Assembly (NCBI GenBank): GCA_037446215.1
Contig: JBBIJB010000040.1
Location: 1,646-20,475, forward strand
Length of the DNA stretch: 18,830 nucleotides
Direction of reading: 5' to 3'
Source of the DNA: Armatimonadota bacterium
Lineage (GTDB): Bacteria; Sysuimicrobiota; Sysuimicrobiia; Sysuimicrobiales; Humicultoraceae
Part shown: piece by piece, positions 1 through 8,340 of the stretch
Layout: each line of letters starts with the position of its first letter
Numbering within the stretch: position 1 is the first letter of the stretch
Made by a program: the position numbers and the translations under genes
The notes under the pieces: generated by a model
The model's input: only the letters and a program-made list of their open reading frames with translations
Databases searched by the model: none
Told to the model about the DNA's origin: nothing

Positions 1-125
1 AAACCGGCCCCTCAGAGCCTTCCGGTGCGGACTCCGGCTATCCCCCCTACCACCTCCTTCGCCCGGATCAGCAAGGGCACGCAGCGCACATGATCGCTGA
101 CCCGCCCCGTTGTATAACCTATGAA

Positions 126-150
126 CTTCGGCGCCACCGCGGGGTTTCCT
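126..150 (-). promoter_or_regulatory. Putative sigmaH-like promoter (AGGA-N17-GAAG) pointing off the left edge
   Basis: Minus strand reads GGAGGAAAC-CCCGCGGTGGC-GCCGAAGTT, matching the spacing of the B. subtilis sigmaH consensus RNAGGAWWW-N11/12-RNNGAATWW. It is intergenic, after the PRODH stop. Confidence 0.4.
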
Positions 151-184
151 CCTGTGGGCCTACCGGGCGCCCGCTGCCCCCTGC

Positions 185-1099
185 CTAGCGTCGGAACAGG
201 TTGCGCATGATGAACAGCAGGTTGGCGGGACGCTCTGCCATCCTTCGCATGAGGTAGGGGTACCACTCCGTGCCGTAGGGTACGTAGACGCGCATAGTGT
301 AGCCTTGGTCCCTCACCCAGGCCTGCAGGTCCCGCCGGATCCCGTATATCATCTGGAACTCAAACCGCTCGGGGGAGTCGCCGCCGGAGCGCGCCTGCTC
401 CATCGCCGCCCTTACCAGCCTCTCGTCGTGGGTCGCGATCGCGTGGTACCCGCCGTCACGCAGCAACCGCTGGGTGAGCCGCATGAAGTTGGCGTCTACA
501 TCGCGCTTGCGCGGATAGGCGACTGTCGCCGGCTCTGCGTAGGCCCCCTTGCACAGCCGGATCCGTACGCCCTGCCCCACAAGGCGCTCCACGTCCTCCG
601 CGCTGCGATAGAGGTAGGACTGTATTACCGCGCCCAGGTTGTCGTAGCCCTCTGCGCGGAGCCGCTCGATGACGGCGATCGTGTCGTCCACGTACTGCGA
701 GTGCTCCATGTCGATCCGCACGAATCTGCCGTCTTCCCGGGCCGCCTCCACCGTCCGCCGCATATGGTTAAGCGCGACATCCGTGCCGAGATCGAGGCCG
801 AGCTGCGTCAGCTTCACCGAGACGTAGCAGTCGTCGTTGCAGCCCCGCAGGCGAGCCAGGATGCCCTGGTAGGCCCCGGCCGCCCCTGCTGCCTCGGCCA
901 CGCTGGTGGTGGACTCACCCAGATGGTTCAGCGCCGTCTTGAATCCCTGCGAGTGGAGCCCTTCCAGGACCAGCAGCGCCTCGTCCAGGGTCTCCCCTGC
1001 GACGAAACGGCGTGAGGAGCGGCGTGCCAGGGGGTTGCCAAGGACGAAGGCCTTGGCACGCTGGCTCTCGGAGAGTGTGATAAGGAGCTGCTTCAGCAT
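185..1099 (-). CDS. putB: Monofunctional proline dehydrogenase (PRODH, PutB-like), 304 aa
   Basis: Motifs SVKLTQLGL, RIDME, IQSYLYRS, RLCKGAY, ATHD, FEFQMIYGIR, YVPYG..WYPYLMRRMAERPAN. Start moved to ATG 1099 (MLKQLL), preceded by GGGAGG and 16 nt after the gdh stop. Confidence 0.93.
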   Translation of the reverse strand: MLKQLLITLSESQRAKAFVLGNPLARRSSRRFVAGETLDEALLVLEGLHSQGFKTALNHLGESTTSVAEAAGAAGAYQGILARLRGCNDDCYVSVKLTQLGLDLGTDVALNHMRRTVEAAREDGRFVRIDMEHSQYVDDTIAVIERLRAEGYDNLGAVIQSYLYRSAEDVERLVGQGVRIRLCKGAYAEPATVAYPRKRDVDANFMRLTQRLLRDGGYHAIATHDERLVRAAMEQARSGGDSPERFEFQMIYGIRRDLQAWVRDQGYTMRVYVPYGTEWYPYLMRRMAERPANLLFIMRNLFRR

Positions 1100-1115
1100 C
1101 TCGCCTCCCAGGCGC

Positions 1116-2387
1116 CTACGGGTATATCCCTCGAATGAAGATCGCCTCTGCCACGCGGCTGACCGCACGAACCATCGCGGCCGTCCGCATGTCGACCTTC
1201 TGCTCATCGGCTACCTGCGCCACCTGATCGAAGCTGCGCACCATGATCTGCTCCAAGCTCTCCTGCACCTCGCCCTCGGTCCAGAAGAACTGCTGGAGTC
1301 CCTGCACCCACTCGAAGTACGAGACGATCACCCCGCCCGCCCCTGCCAGGATGTCCGGTACTAGAGGAATCCCTCGCCCGGCGAGCACCTCATCCGCAGC
1401 CGGCGTAACCGGGCCGTTGGCCGCCTCAACCACCAGGCGCGCCCTCACCCCTTTCGCGACCTCGGCGTCGATCTGCCCCTCCATGGCACAGGGAACCAGG
1501 ATGTCGCACTCCATGCCCAGCAGGTCGAGGTTGCTGATGACATCCGCGCCGTCGAACCCCACGACGGTGCCGGCCTGCCTCTTGTGGGCCAACAGCGCTT
1601 CGGGATCCAGCCCCGAGCTTCTCATCACGCCGCCCTTGGTATCGCTCACCGCGACTATGCGGCATCCCCGTTCGGCCAGCAGGCGTGCCACCACGCTCCC
1701 CACCTGCCCGAACCCCTGGACGGCAACGGCGGCGCCCGGAAGGTCGCCGCCGAGCCGGCGCATCGCCTCGCGTGCAACAATCGCCACCGACCGGCCTGGC
1801 GCCTCCATCCTTCCGAAGGAGCCTCCGATCTCGACGGGCTTCCCGGTGACCACGGCGGGCGTCGAGTAACCGCGCTGCATGCTGTATGTGTCCATGATCC
1901 AGGCCATGATCTGGGAGTCGGTTCCGACGTCAACCGCCGGGATGTCCGACTCGGGGCCCATGAGGATCGAGATCTCGGTTGCGTAGCGCCGGGTCAGCAG
2001 CTCTAGCTCCTTCCTGGAGAGCGAGGCAGGATCGACGACGACGCCACCCTTGGCACCGCCGTACGGCAGCCCCACCACCGCGCACTTCCACGTCATCAGC
2101 ATCGCGAGCGCCCGGATCTGGTTGAGCGTCACGTCCTGGTGGTAGCGGATCCCTCCCTTCGTAGGCCCGAGGACGGTGCTGTGGTGGACGCGGTACCCGG
2201 TGAAGACGCGAACCGAACCGTCGCCCATCTTGACCGGGAAGTAGACGGTCAGCTCTCGCTTCGGATGGACCAAGAACTCCCGGATGCCCCGCTTGAGGGG
2301 CAGGCGGTCGGCGGCGCGGTCGAACTGCTGAAGGGCCGCGACCCATGGGTCTTCCCTTGGCGGTGCGGACATGGCCTGCGAGCTCAT
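1116..2387 (-). CDS. gdhA: Glu/Leu/Phe/Val dehydrogenase family protein (glutamate dehydrogenase-like, atypical cofactor-site residues)
   Basis: GYRVHHS..GPTKGGIRYH, MTWKCAV, LPYGGAKGG, MAWIMDTYS, VVTGKP, VEAANGP, VSYFEWVQ, C-terminal RGIYP. SD AAGGAGAGG favours ATG 2387 (GTG 2393 is the alternative). Confidence 0.92.
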   Translation of the reverse strand: MSSQAMSAPPREDPWVAALQQFDRAADRLPLKRGIREFLVHPKRELTVYFPVKMGDGSVRVFTGYRVHHSTVLGPTKGGIRYHQDVTLNQIRALAMLMTWKCAVVGLPYGGAKGGVVVDPASLSRKELELLTRRYATEISILMGPESDIPAVDVGTDSQIMAWIMDTYSMQRGYSTPAVVTGKPVEIGGSFGRMEAPGRSVAIVAREAMRRLGGDLPGAAVAVQGFGQVGSVVARLLAERGCRIVAVSDTKGGVMRSSGLDPEALLAHKRQAGTVVGFDGADVISNLDLLGMECDILVPCAMEGQIDAEVAKGVRARLVVEAANGPVTPAADEVLAGRGIPLVPDILAGAGGVIVSYFEWVQGLQQFFWTEGEVQESLEQIMVRSFDQVAQVADEQKVDMRTAAMVRAVSRVAEAIFIRGIYP

Positions 2388-2431
2388 CGTCACCTCTCCT
2401 TGACCGGCCCGGCCCCGGCGGCGGCCGCCGC

Positions 2432-3307
2432 CTAGCGCACGAGCGCGGATGGCGGAACTATCACCACTCCCTCACGGTCGAACTCCTCCAGCATCGCAGC
2501 CAGCACTCTTGCGGTGCGGCGCTGGGCGTGGCCTATCCCAACGGCCTCTCCCCGCTCTCTAGCCGCAGCCAGAAGCGCCCTGATCTGCCTTCTGATCGCG
2601 TCCGGTTCATCGTCGTTGTCCAGGAATACCGTGCGAACGGCCGTCCTCACGCCCATCTCCCGCCCTACCTCAGGCACGAGCGAGGCCGGCGTCGTCACGC
2701 TGTCGAGGAAGTAGAGGCCGCGTTCGCGTGCAACCTCAAGGATGGCGCGCACTACTCGACGGTCGGCGGTGCCGCGGGATCCCATGTGGTTGTTCAGTCC
2801 GGCGGCCCCGGGGACCGACGCCAGGCCGTCCCTGACGGCCGAGCGAATCTGCGCATCGTCCATCGTCACGGTCACGCCACCGGGTCCAAGCGCCTTGGAG
2901 GAATCGACCGGCTCTACGGGCAGGTGCAGGAGGACCTCCATCCCTGCGGCCCGAGCCCTACGGGCGACCTCCGTTGAGTGGGCAAGCCCAGGGAGGACCG
3001 CCACCGCGACGGGCCGGCCTATTGAGATGATCTCTTCCACGTGGCTGAGGCTTCCGCCTGCATCGTCGAAGACTATGGCTACCCGCGCCTCTCCGCTCAG
3101 AGGGGGGCTGGCCTGGGGCGCCTGGGAAGGGGCGGGGCTGGGCCGAGCAGGGGGCTGGACGACGACCTCAACTGGAGAGGGGGGCGCGGGCCCCCGCGTT
3201 GGACCACGCCCCTGACTGCTTGCCCACCAGCCCGCCGCCAGGCCGAGCAGGACGGCGACCGCCAGGAGGAGCGCCCGGGGGCTCCCGCGCCGCCTCGTCG
3301 GAGTCAC
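2432..3307 (-). CDS. Divergent polysaccharide deacetylase family protein (YibQ-like) with N-terminal TM anchor and Pro-rich linker
   Basis: VAIVFDDAG, AVLPG, EVLLHLPVEP, GLNNHMGS..T, YFLDSVT, RTVFLDN, AVGIGH motifs; usual position after ctpA. Likely start GTG 3307 (GGAGG 5 nt upstream); the ORF track gives 3319. Confidence 0.9.
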   Translation of the reverse strand: MTPTRRRGSPRALLLAVAVLLGLAAGWWASSQGRGPTRGPAPPSPVEVVVQPPARPSPAPSQAPQASPPLSGEARVAIVFDDAGGSLSHVEEIISIGRPVAVAVLPGLAHSTEVARRARAAGMEVLLHLPVEPVDSSKALGPGGVTVTMDDAQIRSAVRDGLASVPGAAGLNNHMGSRGTADRRVVRAILEVARERGLYFLDSVTTPASLVPEVGREMGVRTAVRTVFLDNDDEPDAIRRQIRALLAAARERGEAVGIGHAQRRTARVLAAMLEEFDREGVVIVPPSALVR

Positions 3308-3344
3308 CCCGCCCTCCACGCCGGCTTCTCGGTGGCGACCGGCG

Positions 3345-4565
3345 TCACCTCGCCCTGTCCACGCGCTGTCTGAGCACCTCTAGCGCCCGCCTGAACTGCT
3401 CCTCCTGGATGCCGGCGACCTGTGAGTCGCTCTTGCCTTCGAGCCGCTCACCCGACACTACCCCGGGAGCCACGCCCACCCCATGGATGTCGCCGTTGGC
3501 CGGCGTCAGGTACTTGGCCGTCGTCAGCGCCGCCGCGCTGCCGCCCGGCAGGGTGTAGAGAGACTGGATCACACCCTTCCCGAAGGTCTGCCTGCCGACT
3601 ATGACCGCGCCGGCCGAGTCCCTCAGCGCGCCCGCCAGGATCTCCGAGGCGCTGGCCGTGAACTCGTTGACGAGGACCACGACCGGGACCCTGAGCTTGG
3701 AGCCTCCGCCCGCGCGCTCCGTCTTCCGGCGCCCGTCTCGCGCCACGACATGAACGATCGGCTCGCCGGCCGGGACGAACCGGTCGGCCACCCTGATCGC
3801 CGCCTCGAGCAGGCCGCCGCCGTTGCTGCGTAGATCAAGGAGCAGTCCGCGGGCCCCCTGCTCCCTGAGGGCTTCGAGCGCAGACGCGACCTCCTTGGCG
3901 GTCTGCTCGTTGAATGTGAGCACCCTTATGTAGCCAAGCTTCTGGCTGCCCAGCTCTCTCCGGAGCGCCTCCTCCAGCGACCCGGCGCCCTGAACGGTGA
4001 CGATCCGGATGCGGTCACGGGTGATCTCCACGTCGAAGGCGCGGTCGGCCCTGCCGATGCGTAGCTTCACCCTGGTGCCGACAGGCCCTCGGATCCTTGT
4101 CACAGCCTCCTGCAGCGCCATCCCTCCTGTGGAGGTCTGGTCGATCCTCAGGATGCGGTCGCCGGCGCGAAGACCAGCCCTGTGCGCCGGGGTGCCCTCG
4201 ATAGGCTGCACGACTATCAGGCTACCCTCCCTGATGTCTATGAAGATCCCTATTCCGAAGAAGAACCCCTGTGCGTCCCGTGAGAACTCGCTGAAGGCAC
4301 GGGCGTCCATGTACCTCGTATAGGGATCGCCCAGCGCCTCCAGCATCCCGCGCGCGGCGCCGTCGAAGAGCTTGGCTGAGTCCGGGGCCTGATGGAGGAA
4401 CTCGCCGCGCACATGAGCGAGCAGATCTCGCAACAGGGAGAAGCCCTGCTCGTCGGATGGCCCGGCCACCACGACCCGCTGGCCGACCCCGTATCCCGCG
4501 GCGAAGATACCCGCGGCTACGACAACCACAAGAAGCGTGCTCAGCAGACGACTGCGCCCTGCCAC
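3345..4565 (-). CDS. ctpA: Carboxyl-terminal processing protease, S41 family with PDZ domain
   Basis: N-terminal signal/TM, LGDPYTRY, PDZ GIGI..TPAHRAGLRAGDRI, DLRSNGGG, catalytic TASASEI (Ser) and TFGKG (Lys); GGGAGG upstream of the GTG start. Confidence 0.93.
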   Translation of the reverse strand: MAGRSRLLSTLLVVVVAAGIFAAGYGVGQRVVVAGPSDEQGFSLLRDLLAHVRGEFLHQAPDSAKLFDGAARGMLEALGDPYTRYMDARAFSEFSRDAQGFFFGIGIFIDIREGSLIVVQPIEGTPAHRAGLRAGDRILRIDQTSTGGMALQEAVTRIRGPVGTRVKLRIGRADRAFDVEITRDRIRIVTVQGAGSLEEALRRELGSQKLGYIRVLTFNEQTAKEVASALEALREQGARGLLLDLRSNGGGLLEAAIRVADRFVPAGEPIVHVVARDGRRKTERAGGGSKLRVPVVVLVNEFTASASEILAGALRDSAGAVIVGRQTFGKGVIQSLYTLPGGSAAALTTAKYLTPANGDIHGVGVAPGVVSGERLEGKSDSQVAGIQEEQFRRALEVLRQRVDRAR

Positions 4566-4607
4566 CCTGGATCGCCTCCCAGGCCAGGCCGGTGCCTGAC
4601 CGGATGT

Positions 4608-4636
4608 AGATTACCTCGCCGCGAGTGGGCGAACAA
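4608..4636 (-). promoter_or_regulatory. Putative sigma70 internal promoter for ctpA and downstream genes
   Basis: TTGTTC-N17-TAATCT on the minus strand in the 77-nt gap between the M23 gene and ctpA. Confidence 0.55.
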
Positions 4637-4642
4637 GCAGGC

Positions 4643-5806
4643 CTAGCGCTGCGGATTGACAGGGCGGCCGTTGATCCTGACCTCGTAGTGAAGGTGGGGG
4701 CCGGTGCTGTATCCCGTACTCCCCACCCGGCCGATCACCTGGCCTGCCGTGACCGCCTGCCCTACCGAGACCGAGATGGTCGAGAGGTGGCCGTAGAGGG
4801 AGCTCGTGCCGCCGCCGTGGTCGAGGATGACGAGCTTGCCGTAGCCGCCGTACCAGCCCGCGAAGATAACGCGGCCCCCCGCAGCGGCAGGCACCGGTGT
4901 CCCGCGTGGGGCGGCGATGTCCACCCCTGTGTGAAACATGACGCGCCGGAACAGGGGATGGCGCCGGTACCCGAAGCGCGAGGTGAGGTTGCCGCCGAGG
5001 GGCCATCTCATCGCCACGACCCCGCCTCCGGCAGAGGAGGGCCGCAGCGCCGACGAGGGCGTGGCGCTCCGGATGAGCGCCTCCAGCGCGGCCGAGTCCT
5101 CCTCCAACTCGCGCACGGCCTGCTCGCCGGCATGCCGCTCGAGGGCCACCCTGCGCAGTACCTCCCTCTTCGCCGCGACCTGCCTCTCCAGGGCCTGCTG
5201 GCGTTCCTCGGTCTCGCGGGCCACCGCCCGCAGGCGTGCCTGCTCGTTCTCCAAATCCACGCGCAGCCGGGCGACTCGATCACGGTCGGCCTGGTAGGCC
5301 CCGATTAACCTCGAATCCTCCCTCACGATCACGCCCACCAGGCGCGCCCGAGAGATGAACTCAGGGAAGGAGGTGGCTCCGAGGACGACGTCGAGGTACC
5401 CGGCGCGCCCGTACCTGTAGGCGTCCATCAGGCGGACGCCGAGCATAGTCCGGTGCCTGGCGAGCTCGGCCTCCGTCCGGGCGAGTTCGGCCGAGGCCAC
5501 CTCGGCTCGTTTCCTGATCCGTGTCATATCCCGACCGAGCCGTCGCAGCTCGGACTCAGTCGCCTCGCGCTGCCGATCCAGGCGCTGGACGTCGTCCGCA
5601 ATCCGCCGCTCCCGTCGCCGCGCCTGCTGCAGCCGCTCCTTCTCGTCCACGAGACGACGCTGGAGGCGGCGGAGCTCCTCCTGACTGGTGGGCTGCGGCG
5701 CGGGTTTCCCTGCCTCCGCCGGTGCGGCCGGCACGGGGCCCGCCACCGCGAGGAGGACCGCGATGCCAAGGGCGGCACCCCATCCGGCCCGGAGGCTGGG
5801 AGTCAT
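4643..5806 (-). CDS. EnvC-like murein hydrolase/activator: signal peptide, long coiled coil, C-terminal M23 (LytM) domain
   Basis: Signal peptide, heptad-rich E/R/Q coiled coil with the YLDVVLGATSFPEFISR motif, HTGVDI (HxxxD), GWYGGYG, STGPHLHYEV (HxH); ATGA overlap with the ftsX stop. Confidence 0.9.
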   Translation of the reverse strand: MTPSLRAGWGAALGIAVLLAVAGPVPAAPAEAGKPAPQPTSQEELRRLQRRLVDEKERLQQARRRERRIADDVQRLDRQREATESELRRLGRDMTRIRKRAEVASAELARTEAELARHRTMLGVRLMDAYRYGRAGYLDVVLGATSFPEFISRARLVGVIVREDSRLIGAYQADRDRVARLRVDLENEQARLRAVARETEERQQALERQVAAKREVLRRVALERHAGEQAVRELEEDSAALEALIRSATPSSALRPSSAGGGVVAMRWPLGGNLTSRFGYRRHPLFRRVMFHTGVDIAAPRGTPVPAAAGGRVIFAGWYGGYGKLVILDHGGGTSSLYGHLSTISVSVGQAVTAGQVIGRVGSTGYSTGPHLHYEVRINGRPVNPQR

Positions 5807-6756
5807 GCGCCGAGGAACCTCCGGATCCCAAAGAGGCTGCCTGCGAACCCCACCGCGGCGCCGAGCAGCCAGATCGCCGCTACCGCCTGAGGCAGCACCG
5901 CACGAGGCTCTAGGATCGGTAGGAAGGGAAGCGAACGGGTGACTCCCCCGGCGACTGCTGAGTATCCGGCGACCATGATCGCCGTTGCCACCGCCGAGGC
6001 CGCCAGCCCCTGCAGCGCTCCCTCTATGAGGAACGGGCCGCGCACGAACCCCGGGGCCGCTCCCACGAGGGTCATTATCTCGATCTCCTGACGGCGGGCG
6101 ACGACGGTCAGCCGGATCGTGTTGATGATGATCAGGAGGGCGGCGCCGGCGAGCAGCGCCGCAACCCCAGCACCGGCGAGTCTGACCGCGCGGGTGAGAG
6201 CGACCAGCCTGTCCACGACCGGCGCGCCGAACATCACCTCGTCGACGCCGGCCACCCCTCGAAGCGCGCCGGCCACCGCGCGCGCGTGCCTGGCATCCGA
6301 CACCCTAACCTCTATGGAGTCGGGAAGAGGGTTGGCCGGCAACTGTTTGCTGACACGCGCCAGAGAGCCGAATGTGCGGCCCAGCCGCCGCATAGCTTCG
6401 TCCCTGTCGACAAGGACGGCGCTGCGCACCGAGGGTATCGCGCGTGCGGCCGCAAGCGCCCGCTTGCTCTCTGCCGCGCCAAGGTCGCGCCGAAGGAACC
6501 CCACCACCTCTACCTGGGACTCCAGCACCCCGGCTACGTGGACGAGGTTCGCCGAGACGATCATGCCCCAGCCCGCCACCGAGAGGGCGACGGCCATCGT
6601 GACCGTTGCCGCGGCCGCCATCAAGCTGTTCCGGCGAAGACCGTCCACCGCCTCGCCGAGGATCGACCGCCGGCCGGCGAGGCGGATCGCCCCTCCTGTA
6701 CCCGTCGCCTCGGCCGCTTCCTCAGCCGAGCGGCTGGTATAGGCCTCGGGTTTCAT
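5803..6756 (-). CDS. ftsX: Cell division ABC permease FtsX (start uncertain: ATG 6756 or non-canonical ATC 6687)
   Basis: EAVDGLRRN.LM start motif, TM1, NPLPDSIEV periplasmic loop, IINTIRLTVVARRQEIEIMTLVGA, PFLIEG; follows ftsE. Confidence 0.93.
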   Translation of the reverse strand: MKPEAYTSRSAEEAAEATGTGGAIRLAGRRSILGEAVDGLRRNSLMAAAATVTMAVALSVAGWGMIVSANLVHVAGVLESQVEVVGFLRRDLGAAESKRALAAARAIPSVRSAVLVDRDEAMRRLGRTFGSLARVSKQLPANPLPDSIEVRVSDARHARAVAGALRGVAGVDEVMFGAPVVDRLVALTRAVRLAGAGVAALLAGAALLIIINTIRLTVVARRQEIEIMTLVGAAPGFVRGPFLIEGALQGLAASAVATAIMVAGYSAVAGGVTRSLPFLPILEPRAVLPQAVAAIWLLGAAVGFAGSLFGIRRFLGA

Positions 6757-7408
6757 CGCGCACGATCCGGCCGGCGTGCAGCGCTATCACGCGGCGCCTG
6801 AGCACGTCCACCAGGGTGGGGTTGTGGGTCGACATCACGACCGTTGTCCCGCGGAGGTTGATCGTTCCCAGCAGGTGCACGATCTGCCAAGCGGCATCCG
6901 GATCAAGGTTGCCTGTGGGCTCGTCTGCGAGCACTATCCTGGGGCGGGTGACGACGGCCCTGGCAAGGCAGACCCGCTGCTGCTCGCCGCCGGAGAGCCG
7001 CGCAGGGGGATCGTTCGCCCTATGGGCCATACCCACCGTCTCGAGCGCCCACCGGACCCGCGGGACTACCTCAGCGGGCTCCACGTCCGTGACGCGTAGG
7101 GCGAATGCGACGTTGTCGGCCACCGACCTGTCGGGAAGGAGCTTGAACTCCTGGAACACCACCCCGAGACGGCGTCTCAGGAGTGGCACCTGCGAAGGCG
7201 GCAGGGTGCCCACATCCGTGCCATCCACGGTCACGCAGCCCGCGGTGGGCCGTTCTATGCACTGGACCAGCCTCAGGATCGTGGACTTGCCGCTGCCGGT
7301 CGGCCCGACGAGGAAGACGAACTCGCCGGGCTCGATGTGCAGGCTAACGCCCTGCAAGGCGAGAACGCCGGAAGGGTAACGCTTCTCGACGCCGTCAAAG
7401 TGGATCAT
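6722..7408 (-). CDS. ftsE: Cell division ATP-binding protein FtsE
   Basis: Walker A GPTGSGKST, RRRLGVVFQEFKLL, signature LSGGEQQR, Walker B VLADEPTGNLDP, C-terminal GRIVRDE..GLY; adjacent to ftsX. Confidence 0.95.
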   Translation of the reverse strand: MIHFDGVEKRYPSGVLALQGVSLHIEPGEFVFLVGPTGSGKSTILRLVQCIERPTAGCVTVDGTDVGTLPPSQVPLLRRRLGVVFQEFKLLPDRSVADNVAFALRVTDVEPAEVVPRVRWALETVGMAHRANDPPARLSGGEQQRVCLARAVVTRPRIVLADEPTGNLDPDAAWQIVHLLGTINLRGTTVVMSTHNPTLVDVLRRRVIALHAGRIVRDETRGLYQPLG

Positions 7409-7454
7409 CGCTGCGTATCAAGGGTGTGTAGGCTGCCTCGACGTCTAACCGCGG

Positions 7455-7480
7455 GTTCTCCGCACCGCATCCCGACTCCT
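7455..7480 (-). promoter_or_regulatory. Putative sigmaH-like promoter upstream of ftsE (AGGA-N18-GAAC)
   Basis: GAAGGAGTC-GGGATGCGGTGC-GGAGAACCC on the minus strand, flanked by the inverted repeat CCGCGGG (7449-7455) / CCCGCGG (7482-7488). Confidence 0.4.
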
Positions 7481-7490
7481 TCCCGCGGGG

Positions 7491-8258
7491 CTATCGGAGC
7501 GAGAGATCCCAACTCCCGAGCTCTCCGAACAGATGATCATCCGTCATGCTCAGATGAATCGGAGTTACCGAGACATACCCGGCTGCCACCGCCCACCCAT
7601 CGGTACCAACCGCGTCGCTCCCCAGCGGCCCGGGCTCCCCGGCCAGCCAGTAGTAGGTCTGGCCCCGCGGGTCGGTTCGCCTCTCCATCCGAGACAGGTA
7701 GCGCCGCGAGCTCTGACGCGTGACCATGACGCCGCAGAGCTCCTCCTCCGGCAGGTTGGGGACGTTCACGTTGAGGAGGGCGTCGGGCGGAAGAGATCTC
7801 TCGACGAACTGGCTTGCCAGCCGCTCCGAGAACCGCGCCGCGACGTCGAACCTCACGTCGACGAAAGACGCCACGGAGACAGCAAGGCTGGGCATGCCGA
7901 GTATGGCCCCCTCCATCGCCCCGGAGACGGTTCCCGAGTAGGTGAGGTCCCTGCCCATGTTGGCGCCGACGTTGATGCCAGAGACCACGACGTCAGGGCG
8001 GCCATCGAGCAACTCAAGCACCCCTAGGATTACGCAGTCCGCGGGCGTGCCGTTCGTCGACCAGGCCTTCACGCCCTCCGGGTAGCTGAAGATGCGCCTC
8101 GCCCGGAGCGGCTTGTGCAGCGTGACCGCGTGTCCTGTCGCACTGCGCTCGTGCTCCGGGGCCACAACCGCCGTGTCGTGCCGGGAAGCGAATACCTCGG
8201 CGAGCGCCCGGAGCCCGGGTGATGCGATTCCGTCGTCGTTGGTCAGCAGGACGCGCAT
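7491..8258 (-). CDS. surE: 5'/3'-nucleotidase SurE
   Basis: MRVLLTNDDGI, VVAP..ERSATGHAVT, GTPADCV, VVSGINVGAN.G.DLTYSGTVSGAMEG, LLNVNVP, VSVTPI. Confidence 0.97.
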   Translation of the reverse strand: MRVLLTNDDGIASPGLRALAEVFASRHDTAVVAPEHERSATGHAVTLHKPLRARRIFSYPEGVKAWSTNGTPADCVILGVLELLDGRPDVVVSGINVGANMGRDLTYSGTVSGAMEGAILGMPSLAVSVASFVDVRFDVAARFSERLASQFVERSLPPDALLNVNVPNLPEEELCGVMVTRQSSRRYLSRMERRTDPRGQTYYWLAGEPGPLGSDAVGTDGWAVAAGYVSVTPIHLSMTDDHLFGELGSWDLSLR

Positions 8259-8312
8259 TAGATGGCCTTCCCTCGCGGATTGCTCGGCGGCTGTGCGCCG
8301 GCTTCACGCTCG

Positions 8313-8340
8313 ATAATACCCTAGGCGGCCTCCAGTGCGA
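8313..8340 (-). promoter_or_regulatory. Possible weak sigma70 promoter for surE
   Basis: -10-like TATTAT (8313-8318, minus strand) in the gap after the MEMO stop; poor -35 (TCGCAC, 16-nt spacer). Confidence 0.25.

Noticed and set aside
48..60. CACCTCCTT resembling the 16S rRNA 3' end
   Set aside because: The upstream sequence lacks the conserved 16S terminal helix (GTAACAAGG...GGATCA); it is the reverse complement of an SD-like motif.
12..266. 84-aa minus-strand ORF
   Set aside because: Overlaps the putB 3' end out of frame, crosses putative promoter DNA and has no family features.
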